Assembly (NCBI GenBank): GCA_963718665.1
Contig: OY970359.1
Location: forward strand, 2,080,001 to 2,144,000
From: an uncultured Phycisphaerales bacterium
Lineage (GTDB): Bacteria; Planctomycetota; Phycisphaerae; Sedimentisphaerales; Anaerobacaceae
Length of the DNA stretch: 64,000 bases
Reading direction: 5' to 3'
Shown here: in pieces, positions 19,330 through 27,516 of the stretch
Position numbering within the stretch: position 1 is the stretch's first letter
How the letters are laid out: each line of letters opens with the position of its first letter
Program-made: the position numbers and the translations under genes
Notes under the pieces: generated by a model
What the model was told of the DNA's origin: nothing
The model's input: the letters and a program-made list of their open reading frames with translations, nothing else
The model's database searches: none

Positions 19330-19545
19330 TTATACTTCCATCTGAGGGGTTTCGGCAGGTGCGGGGGTGGTTACAGCGGGGGCAGTGCTTTTGCTTTTAT
19401 GATGAAGTTTCACGGCATGGTGGCTTTTTTGAGAGGTGGCAACCGCTTTGTGATGATGGTGTTTGCTCTTGGCGAAGGCGGTATTGCTGCCGGCAAACGC
19501 GAGAGTCAACGTGAGGAGAATGATAGCAATTGTTCTGAGTTTCAT
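19330..19545 (-). CDS. Small secreted His/Lys-rich protein
   Basis: Signal peptide MKLRTIAIILLTLTLAFAGSNTAFA followed by KSKHHHHK...HHAVKLHHKSKS. Confidence 0.7.
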   Translation of the reverse strand: MKLRTIAIILLTLTLAFAGSNTAFAKSKHHHHKAVATSQKSHHAVKLHHKSKSTAPAVTTPAPAETPQMEV

Positions 19546-19864
19546 TTTTTCACCCTTTCTGAAATATATTTTTTTTAGAATGCCTTCGGGCACATCACCC
19601 TTTTATTATTCAATCCGGAACGGACACGTATCCGCAGGAGGAAAGGCATTAAAACATAAGTAATGTTTTCGTCCGAATATATTTGATTTCTTGAGAGGAA
19701 ATCGTGCACTTTTCAATATTTCGTGGTGCCGGGGGCTTGTTGAACAAGAAAGGGCATATTGAGGTCGGACCCTTCGATAAACTCAGGGCAGGCAAGTGCT
19801 TGCTATTATCTTAATTTTGGCTATACTGGTGGGTCAGCAAGTCACAAATGGAAAGGGTAGTGCG

Positions 19865-20344
19865 ATGGCGCAATGGGATGAGCAGTTTAGCAAATTAAAG
19901 CAAATAATAGAAATGATGAATGACCATAACCTTGTTGAGATACAGATAAAACAGGGCGAGGAGGAGCTTTGCGTCAAGAAGGCGCAGCCGGTGCAGCAGA
20001 TTACGGCGGTGCCGATGTTCGGCGCGGGATTGGCCGGCGCATCGCCGGGGGCGGCGGCTCCTGCGGCGGGGCAGGCGCAGGAACCGGTATCGCAGGAAGA
20101 GAAGCCCGCGGAGATAAAATCGCCGTTAGTAGGGACCTTTTACGCCCAGCCCAGCCCGGATTCGGAGCCGTATGTTGAGCTTGGTTCGCGGGTTGAGCCG
20201 GATACGGTGGTTTGTATTATCGAAGCGATGAAGGTGATGAACGAGATAAAGGCGGAGATGAGCGGGGTTATCGTCGATGTTGTGGCGGCCAATGGCAGTG
20301 CGGTCGAGTATGGGCAGGTGCTGTTCAAAGTGCGACCCGATTAG
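19865..20344 (+). CDS. accB: Acetyl-CoA carboxylase biotin carboxyl carrier protein
   Basis: SPLVGTFY and EAMKVMNEI biotinylation motif. Confidence 0.96.
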   Translation: MAQWDEQFSKLKQIIEMMNDHNLVEIQIKQGEEELCVKKAQPVQQITAVPMFGAGLAGASPGAAAPAAGQAQEPVSQEEKPAEIKSPLVGTFYAQPSPDSEPYVELGSRVEPDTVVCIIEAMKVMNEIKAEMSGVIVDVVAANGSAVEYGQVLFKVRPD

Positions 20345-20376
20345 TCATTTATGATTTCTGATTGTTGATTTGTGAA

Positions 20377-21714
20377 ATGTTTTCAAGAGTTCTAATAGCG
20401 AATCGTGGTGAAATAGCGTTGCGTGTTATCCGGGCTTGTCATGAGCTTGGGATAGCCGCGGTGGCGGTGTATTCGGAGGCGGACAAGGGTGCGGCGTATC
20501 TTGATATGGCAGACGAGGCGATATGCATCGGGCCTGCTGTGCCGGCACAGAGTTATCTTAATATACCGCGAATAATGAGCGCGGCGGAGATTACCAACGC
20601 CGACGCGATACATCCGGGGTATGGGTTTCTGGCGGAGAATGAGAATTTTGCGCAGATTTGCCGGGAGTGCGGGATAACGTTTATCGGGCCGCCTCCTGAG
20701 GCAATGCGGCTGCTCGGAGACAAAGTTGAGGCGAGGAAGTTAGCGAAGAAAGCAGGGGTAAGTTTGGTGCCCGGTTCTGACGGCGTTGTTGAGAACATCG
20801 AGCAGGGTTTGAAGATAGCGGCTGGAATAGGATACCCTGTGATGATAAAGGCAGTGGCGGGCGGCGGCGGGCGCGGGATGCGGGTGGCTCATAATGAGAT
20901 GAGTTTTCGCTCGGGGTTCGCGTCGGCGCAGGCGGAAGCGGATGCGGCATTCGGGGATGGTTCTGTGTATCTCGAAAAGCTGATTGTTGAGCCGAGGCAC
21001 GTCGAGGTGCAGGTGATGGCGGACGGGACAGGCAACGTGCTGCATTTTTACGAGAGGGATTGCTCGATACAGCGAAGACATCAGAAGATGATTGAGGAAT
21101 CGCCATGTCCGGTCATAAATGAAAAGACGCGTCAGAAGCTTTGTGAGTCGGCGATACGGATTATCAAACACGCAAACTATGTAAACGCGGCGACGGTCGA
21201 GTTCCTTTTGGACAAGGACAAACATTTTTATTTCATCGAGGTCAATACGAGGATTCAGGTCGAGCACCCGGTATCGGAGATGGTTACGGGACGGGATTTA
21301 ATCAAGATGCAGTTACAGGTGGCATCGGGGGAGAAGCTGGGGCTGACGCAGAAGGATATTAAGCACAGGGGCGTGGCGATTGAGTGCCGGATAAACGCGG
21401 AGGACCCGGCGAATGGTTTTTCGCCTTGTCCGGGGACGATAACGCGATATATCCCGCCCGGCGGGCCAGGGATTAGAGTCGATACGCATGTCTATCAGGG
21501 CTGGACGGTGTCGCCGAATTACGATTCGATGCTGTGCAAGCTGATTGCGTATCAGCCGACGAGAGATGAGGCGATTGCGACGATGCGGAGGGCGTTGTCG
21601 GAATTTGTTATTGAGCCGATTAAGACGACAATACCGGCGAGCTTGTCGATTCTCTCTCATAACCTGTTTGTTAAGAGCAAGATTGACACGGAATTTGTCG
21701 AGAGGAATTTCTAA
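20377..21714 (+). CDS. accC: Biotin carboxylase
   Basis: [36 protein letters not shown] and NTRIQVEH motifs. Confidence 0.97.
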   Translation: MFSRVLIANRGEIALRVIRACHELGIAAVAVYSEADKGAAYLDMADEAICIGPAVPAQSYLNIPRIMSAAEITNADAIHPGYGFLAENENFAQICRECGITFIGPPPEAMRLLGDKVEARKLAKKAGVSLVPGSDGVVENIEQGLKIAAGIGYPVMIKAVAGGGGRGMRVAHNEMSFRSGFASAQAEADAAFGDGSVYLEKLIVEPRHVEVQVMADGTGNVLHFYERDCSIQRRHQKMIEESPCPVINEKTRQKLCESAIRIIKHANYVNAATVEFLLDKDKHFYFIEVNTRIQVEHPVSEMVTGRDLIKMQLQVASGEKLGLTQKDIKHRGVAIECRINAEDPANGFSPCPGTITRYIPPGGPGIRVDTHVYQGWTVSPNYDSMLCKLIAYQPTRDEAIATMRRALSEFVIEPIKTTIPASLSILSHNLFVKSKIDTEFVERNF

Positions 21715-21727
21715 TCGACCTGTAGGA

Positions 21728-23005
21728 TTATTTTTCCAGGGCAATCAAATCATTGTAGGATTCGCGTTTTCGGATAATCTCAAATTTATCGCCATCGACG
21801 AGGACTTCGGCTGCGCGGCCGCGGGCGTTGTAGTTGCTGGACATAGTGAAGCCATAAGCGCCGGCGGTGAAGATGGAGAGTAAATCGCCTCGTTTAACGG
21901 GGGGCAATGCCCTGTCTTTGGCGAAGAAATCGGCGGGTTCGCAGATCGGACCGACGACGTCAACAAACTCCAGCCCTTTAATATCGAGCTTTTCAGTTCT
22001 TTTTATGTAAGAGAATCTTTCCTCAACCGTTGCGGGCCAGATGAAGTGAAACGCGTTGTACAGCGGGGGCCTGATGAGGTCGTTCATACCGGCATCGACG
22101 ATGACGAATTTTTTGCTTCCGCTTGTTTTACAATACAGGACTTTTGTCAGCAAAACAGCGGCATTGGCGGCGACGCTTGCGCCGGGTTCGAGGATGAGTT
22201 TGAGTTTTTTGTCCTTGAGCATCGGTACGATTGCTTTGGCGTAGTCATCGGCTGATGGGGATTGTGCGGTGACGTAGTCGGCGCCATAGCCGCCTCCGAT
22301 ATCGAGCGTCTCAATTGTGAAGTCCTTTTTTCGCAATTTATCCACAAGGGCCAGAATTTTATTAATCGCCTCGACGTATGGCCCAACGGTATGGCCCGCG
22401 GAGCCGAGGTGCATATCGATTGCGCACAGTTTGACTGCGGAATTTTTACCGAACTGGTCGAAAACTTTTTCCGCCCGTTCGATATCGACGCCGAATTTGG
22501 TTTCTTTGACGCCGGTGGTTGTATATTTATGCGTTTTGGGGTCGACGTCGGGATTGACGCGAAGTGCGGCTTTAGGAGTTTTACCTTTTTGCTTGGCAAG
22601 GCAGATTAGATTTTCAAGCTCTGCCTCGGATTCGATGTTGAAATAGGCAATGCCGGCATCGAGGGCTTCGATGATTTCTTTGTCGGTTTTGCCGACGCCT
22701 GCGTAAACGATTTTCGCGGGGTCGGCGCCCGCCTTGAGTGCGCGGTAAAGCTCGCCGCCGCTGACGATGTCGAAGCCGTAGCCCGCTTTTGCCATAAATT
22801 TGAGTATGTTGATGTTGCCGCAGGCCTTAATTGCATAGCAGACCGTTGTGTCGATTGTGTTGTAGGCGTGCTGAATTTTCCTGAGGTGTTCGAGGAACGT
22901 GGCCTTGCTATAGATATATACCGGCGTGCCGACCTGCTCGGCTATTTTGTCAACCGGCACCTGCTCCGCGAAGAGCTTACTTTGTTTGTAATTAAAATGA
23001 TCCAT
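21728..23005 (-). CDS. lysA: Diaminopimelate decarboxylase
   Basis: YAIKA (PLP lysine), VSGGEL, GPICEPAD and GAYGFTMSSNYN motifs. Confidence 0.96.
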   Translation of the reverse strand: MDHFNYKQSKLFAEQVPVDKIAEQVGTPVYIYSKATFLEHLRKIQHAYNTIDTTVCYAIKACGNINILKFMAKAGYGFDIVSGGELYRALKAGADPAKIVYAGVGKTDKEIIEALDAGIAYFNIESEAELENLICLAKQKGKTPKAALRVNPDVDPKTHKYTTTGVKETKFGVDIERAEKVFDQFGKNSAVKLCAIDMHLGSAGHTVGPYVEAINKILALVDKLRKKDFTIETLDIGGGYGADYVTAQSPSADDYAKAIVPMLKDKKLKLILEPGASVAANAAVLLTKVLYCKTSGSKKFVIVDAGMNDLIRPPLYNAFHFIWPATVEERFSYIKRTEKLDIKGLEFVDVVGPICEPADFFAKDRALPPVKRGDLLSIFTAGAYGFTMSSNYNARGRAAEVLVDGDKFEIIRKRESYNDLIALEK

Positions 23006-23077
23006 ACGGGAACATAGTATAAGAAAAGATAAAGCAAATGCAAGGTTGAGGATTGGCGGCCGGGGTGTTTTTGGCGC

Positions 23078-23127
23078 AAAGAAAAAGTGGAAGATTCCGT
23101 ATCAGTTACGTTGGGACCTTCCACTTT
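23078..23127 (-). terminator. Rho-independent terminator between the Lys-rich peptide and lysA
   Basis: Minus strand AAAGTGGAAG...CTTCCACTTT stem followed by TTCTTT. Confidence 0.65.
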
Positions 23128-23165
23128 CCGCATAACCTTTGCCGGCTTAAGCCGGAAGCGTTATG

Positions 23166-23225
23166 CTATTTTCTCCTTTTCTTCTTTGCAGTTTTCTTCT
23201 TTGCAGCTTTTTTCTTCTTTGCCAT
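23166..23225 (-). CDS. 19-aa lysine-rich peptide MAKKKKAAKKKTAKKKRRK
   Basis: GGAGGT SD at 23234-23239, ATG at 23225, TAG at 23166. Confidence 0.7.
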   Translation of the reverse strand: MAKKKKAAKKKTAKKKRRK

Positions 23226-23421
23226 TGTTTGTTACCTCCATATGGCACAAAAACCAGTTTACGTACAATAACATAAAAAATTTAGAACTCACCAGCCGAA
23301 TTGTCAAAGAGGCAAAAAGTAGTAGCTATACTTTCTATCGTCCAAATACCTAAGAATCCTTCAAAGAAATTTTTGTTGATATGGTTTTAAGTAACGCAAG
23401 AATCGTTTATGATGGCGAATT

Positions 23422-24051
23422 ATGAGCGAAAAAAGAATAGCTTTATTTGGCGGAACGTTTGACCCGATTCATCTCGGTCACACAACCGTTGCCGCCGCAG
23501 CGGGCGAAGGTATTGGCGCAGACAAAGTCATATTTGTTCCTGCGAAGCGTTCGCCGTTGAAGGCGTTTTTCCCGGAGGCCGGCGACGAGGACCGTCTGGC
23601 AATGATTAAGCTCGCGACGGAGGGCAACGGCAGGTTCGGGTTCAGTGATTACGAGCTGAAGAAGGCGGGGCCGAGTTATACGCTGGAGACCGTAAGATAT
23701 TTTAAACGGGAGCTTGGGAGCAATGTTTCGATTTGGTGGCTTATAGGCGCCGATACTCTTGAGGATTTACCGCATTGGTATGGGGTTACGGAGCTGATTG
23801 ACGAATGTAACCTTGCTGTGATGCACAGGGCGGGTTTTGCGGCGTCGGATTTTTCGAAGTATATTTCGCTTTGGGGAGAGAGCCGGGTTAAAAAGATGCA
23901 GCGAAACGTTGTTGAAACGCCGTTAGTCGATATCAGCAGCACCGAGGTTCGAAAGCGATTAGCGGCGGGGCGTGAGGTCGGCGGGATGATAAGCCCGAAG
24001 GTGCTGCAATATATCCGCGAACATCGGCTGTATGGGATACGGGACTATTAG
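23422..24051 (+). CDS. nadD: Nicotinate-nucleotide adenylyltransferase
   Basis: GGTFDPIHLGH, SYTLET, IGAD and ISSTEVR motifs. Confidence 0.96.
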   Translation: MSEKRIALFGGTFDPIHLGHTTVAAAAGEGIGADKVIFVPAKRSPLKAFFPEAGDEDRLAMIKLATEGNGRFGFSDYELKKAGPSYTLETVRYFKRELGSNVSIWWLIGADTLEDLPHWYGVTELIDECNLAVMHRAGFAASDFSKYISLWGESRVKKMQRNVVETPLVDISSTEVRKRLAAGREVGGMISPKVLQYIREHRLYGIRDY

Positions 24052-24734
24052 CGGGGCCGTGTTTTTTTCGATAGTTTCGTCAGTTTGTTAGCAGCCAGTT
24101 TATCCAGCCAGCCACACCACTGTTTCATACCCTCACCAGTTTTTGCGGATACGAGGAATATTTTTGTTTTTTTATTCAGTTTGGAAATGTCGGCTTTGGC
24201 TTTTTTGATATTGAAGTCGGTGGCGTCGAGGATGTCTATTTTGTTGATGAGCACGGCGGCGGCCCTGGCGAAAATCATCGGGTATTTGGCGGGTTTGTCG
24301 TCGCCTTCGGGGACGGAGAGGACGGCTATTTTGTCGGTTTCGCCGAGGTCGAATGTCGAGGGGCAGACGAGGTTGCCGACGTTTTCGATGAAGAGCAAAT
24401 CGAGACTGTCGATGGGGAGCTTGTGAAAGGCGTGGCTAATCTGGGCAGCGGACAAATGGCAGGCGCCGTCGGTATTAATTTGATGGGCGGGTGCGCCGGC
24501 TTTCCTGATGCGTTTGGCGTCGATATCGGTCTGGATGTCGCCTTCGATGACGCCGATTTTTAGTTTACCCCTGAGAGTTTCGATTGTTTTTGCGAGCAGG
24601 GTGGTTTTGCCTGAACCGGGCGACGAAATCACGTTGAGGCAGGGAATTTTGCGGTCTTTAAGAAACGAGCGGTTTTTTGCTGCGTATTCTTCGTTGGCGA
24701 TAAGGATTTTCCTGCGGACTTTTATTTTGCGCAT
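24048..24734 (-). CDS. hypB: Hydrogenase nickel incorporation GTPase HypB
   Basis: SSPGSGKTT, IEGD, GACHL, ENVGNLVCP and EGDDKPAKYP motifs. Confidence 0.96.
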   Translation of the reverse strand: MRKIKVRRKILIANEEYAAKNRSFLKDRKIPCLNVISSPGSGKTTLLAKTIETLRGKLKIGVIEGDIQTDIDAKRIRKAGAPAHQINTDGACHLSAAQISHAFHKLPIDSLDLLFIENVGNLVCPSTFDLGETDKIAVLSVPEGDDKPAKYPMIFARAAAVLINKIDILDATDFNIKKAKADISKLNKKTKIFLVSAKTGEGMKQWCGWLDKLAANKLTKLSKKTRPR

Positions 24735-24735
24735 T

Positions 24736-25080
24736 TCATTTATCCTCGAATGTTATTTCTTCAAGTAAGAGCGGCGCGTCGGGCAGCAACTCGAAATCAT
24801 CGTGCCGGCACTTCGGGCATTTTGACTCGTGCAGGTCGAACTCGAATGTCGCGCGGCACTTTTTACATCTGGCTTTTATCGGCTTTTGCTCGATATCAAG
24901 TTTTAAATTTTCGCAGACGGTATCTTTGCTGATGGTCTCGAAGGCGAATTTCAGGGTCTCGGTATTTATGGCGTTAAACACGCCGCAGCTTATTTTGGCG
25001 GCGAGAGGCCTGGCTTTTTGTTTTTTTGCTTCAGCCGATATGGCTTTGAGGATGAATTGAGCGACGGTTGCTTCGTGCAT
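24736..25080 (-). CDS. hypA: Hydrogenase nickel metallochaperone HypA
   Basis: N-terminal MHE and two CxxC motifs. Confidence 0.95.
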   Translation of the reverse strand: MHEATVAQFILKAISAEAKKQKARPLAAKISCGVFNAINTETLKFAFETISKDTVCENLKLDIEQKPIKARCKKCRATFEFDLHESKCPKCRHDDFELLPDAPLLLEEITFEDK

Positions 25081-26168
25081 CAGCAAATCCTCGGCAATTC
25101 TCTGCCGTACGGCATCTGGACAATTCTTCTGCCGCCGATTCTGGTGATTGTTTCAACAACGGGAGCATCATCGGTCTTGAGGACTTCTCCGATTATAGCC
25201 GTTTGTTGTCCAAGAGGATGCCGGCGGCAGATATTGACGCAGTCATCGGCGATTTCGGGGGCGACGATGGCGACGAACTTGCCTTCGTTTGCGATGTTCA
25301 GGACATCAAAACCGAGTGCGTCGGCGGCCGCCTGGACCGTCGGGTTAATTGGGATATCGGCGTCATTAATTCTGATGTCGAACGAGGTTTGCAAGGCGAT
25401 TTCGTTGAGCGTTGCGGCGAGTCCTCCGCGGGTGGGGTCTCGCATAAATTTTACCCCGTTAGAAACTGTTGGATAGTGTAGTTGAATATCGTTGTGGTTA
25501 TTTTTTCTAACGGGGTGAACGCCTTTGGTCTCGGTGAGCAGCTTACAGGTCAAGTCAGCAAGGGCGGCACAGTCGCTTTTGAGCTGCGATTTAAAGCCGA
25601 TGTCCTGCCGCAGTGACATAATGGTCATACCGTGGTCGCCGATTGAGCCGTTGATTAAGATTTTATCGCCTGCTTTGATGTTGCCAAAGCCCAGTTCGAC
25701 CCCCTCAAGGCGGACACCGATACCCGCGGTGTTGATAAATATCTGGTCTGCGGCGCCGGTTTCAACGGTTTTGGTGTCACCTGTAACAATCGCGACGTTG
25801 TTTTGGGCGGCGGTTGCGGCGATGCTGTCTAAAATTTTATCCAGCACGTCAAACGCGAGGCCTTCCTCGATAATTAGGGCCAGCGATATCGCGACAGGTC
25901 TTGCACCGCTGACGGCGAGGTCGTTTATCGTTCCGCATACGGCGAGTTTTCCGATGTCGCCTCCGGGGAAAAACAACGGCTTTACGACGTAACTATCGGT
26001 AGTGAAGCAGATTGATTTTGAATCGAGATTCAGTTTGGCGGAGTCGGTAAGTTCGGCGAGGGTGTTGTTGGCGAATCTTGGGAGTATATGTTTGCGGATG
26101 AACTGGTCGCTGAGCTGTCCTCCTCCGCCGTGCGCAAGCAGGATTTTGTCGTGCACATTCTGGCTCAT
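25080..26168 (-). CDS. hypE: Hydrogenase maturation protein HypE (with 22-aa in-frame insertion)
   Basis: HGGGG, TTDSYVVKP, DPTRGG, ANEG and C-terminal PRIC motifs. Confidence 0.96.
   Translation of the reverse strand: MSQNVHDKILLAHGGGGQLSDQFIRKHILPRFANNTLAELTDSAKLNLDSKSICFTTDSYVVKPLFFPGGDIGKLAVCGTINDLAVSGARPVAISLALIIEEGLAFDVLDKILDSIAATAAQNNVAIVTGDTKTVETGAADQIFINTAGIGVRLEGVELGFGNIKAGDKILINGSIGDHGMTIMSLRQDIGFKSQLKSDCAALADLTCKLLTETKGVHPVRKNNHNDIQLHYPTVSNGVKFMRDPTRGGLAATLNEIALQTSFDIRINDADIPINPTVQAAADALGFDVLNIANEGKFVAIVAPEIADDCVNICRRHPLGQQTAIIGEVLKTDDAPVVETITRIGGRRIVQMPYGRELPRIC
25452..25517. mobile_element. 66-bp MITE-like element with 13-bp terminal inverted repeats inside hypE
   Basis: ACCCCGTTAGAAA ... 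TTTCTAACGGGGT; reading frame preserved. Confidence 0.75.
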
Positions 26169-27247
26169 TTGTTTCGTTTTTCCCGTCTGCCGTATTTGAA
26201 CCAGGCGGAGCAGGCGCCTTCGGAGCTGACCATACAGGGGCCTACCGGGGTTTGCGGTTCGCAGACGCGGCCGAAAAGCTCGCACTGGGGCGGGTCGATG
26301 AGGCCGCAAAGCACTTCACCGCAGCGGCAGCCGGTCGTGTCGTTCTCGGGTTTTTCGGTTAAGCCGAATCGCTTTAATGCGTCGAATTTGCCGTATTTTT
26401 CTTTGAGCTGGAGTGTGCTTTTCGGGATTTTTCCAAGCCCTCTCCAGTAGCCGTCCATCGGCTCGAAACATTCGGAGATAATGTTTTGTGCAACCTGGTT
26501 ACCATGTTCGGTAACGACGGCTGTGTAAATTGTTTTTGCTTCGGGTTTGCCCTCGATTATCTGTCGGCAGATTTCGGCAAGGCCTTCGATTATCTGCATC
26601 GGTTCGAAGCCCGCCACGACGCAGGGTTTGCAGAATTGCTCTACAATTCCCCTGAATGCGCCATAGCCGGTTATGACGCTGACATGGCCGGGGCAGAGAA
26701 ACGCGTCTATTTTGTTATTTTTGTCGCTTAGCAGCGCCTGCATCGCGGGTACGACGATTTTGTGGTTGTTCAGGATACAGAAGTTGTTGATGCCTTCATT
26801 TGCGGCCTGTTTTACGGCGACGGCTGTCGCGGGCGTGGTTGTTTCAAAGCCGACGGCGACAAAGACCACCGTTTTGGAGGGGTTGTCCCTGGCTAATTGC
26901 AGGGCGTCTTCGCTGCTGAGGACAATCCTGACGTTGCCTGCGGATTTTTTGGTTTCGAGAGAGCCGCCTTTGCCGGGGACGCGAATCATATCGCCATACG
27001 TTGCTATGAGGCAGTCATTTCTGTCCGCAAGCTCAAGGACGGTGTCGATGTATCCCTGGTGCGTTACGCAAACTGGGCAGCCGGGGCCCGATAAAAGTTT
27101 CATTGATTTGGGAATCATGCCTCTTATGCCGTTTCGGAATATTGAGACGGTGTGTGTGCCGCAGACCTCCATAATATTGATGGGCCTGCCGGTGATTTCA
27201 CACGCGGCGTCCATAAGAAGTTGTGCGTTTCTGATTCTTCGAAGCAT
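26165..27247 (-). CDS. hypD: Hydrogenase maturation protein HypD
   Basis: MEVCGTHT, GPGCPVCVT, GFETT, PGHVS and GPCMVSSEGAC motifs. Confidence 0.97.
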   Translation of the reverse strand: MLRRIRNAQLLMDAACEITGRPINIMEVCGTHTVSIFRNGIRGMIPKSMKLLSGPGCPVCVTHQGYIDTVLELADRNDCLIATYGDMIRVPGKGGSLETKKSAGNVRIVLSSEDALQLARDNPSKTVVFVAVGFETTTPATAVAVKQAANEGINNFCILNNHKIVVPAMQALLSDKNNKIDAFLCPGHVSVITGYGAFRGIVEQFCKPCVVAGFEPMQIIEGLAEICRQIIEGKPEAKTIYTAVVTEHGNQVAQNIISECFEPMDGYWRGLGKIPKSTLQLKEKYGKFDALKRFGLTEKPENDTTGCRCGEVLCGLIDPPQCELFGRVCEPQTPVGPCMVSSEGACSAWFKYGRREKRNK

Positions 27248-27260
27248 AGGGCCGGGTTAT

Positions 27261-27503
27261 TTATCCTGAGATTTTATTTTGGGTATCGTTGAACTCGTCG
27301 ATTTCCTCGATGAGCTGCCAGGTTTTTCGTGCCTCGTCTTCGTCGATAGTTGATATGGCGAAGCCCGCGTGAACCAGGACAAGGTCGCCGAGCTTGGCAT
27401 TGGGCAACAGGGTAGTTCTCGCATTGAACTGATTACCCATTGCGTCAACTATCGCCCTGTCTTCTTCGAGTTTAACTATTCTTGCCGGTATCGCTAAACA
27501 CAT
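27261..27503 (-). CDS. hypC: Hydrogenase chaperone HypC
   Basis: MCLAIP and VLVHAGFAI motifs. Confidence 0.97.
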   Translation of the reverse strand: MCLAIPARIVKLEEDRAIVDAMGNQFNARTTLLPNAKLGDLVLVHAGFAISTIDEDEARKTWQLIEEIDEFNDTQNKISG

Positions 27504-27516
27504 AACGAGACATTTC

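Noticed and set aside
23006..23400. Lysine riboswitch upstream of lysA
   Set aside because: No recognisable L-box core (AGAGGUGC start, loop E, kissing loops) was seen, and the space is occupied by the peptide ORF and hairpins. An Rfam search would confirm.
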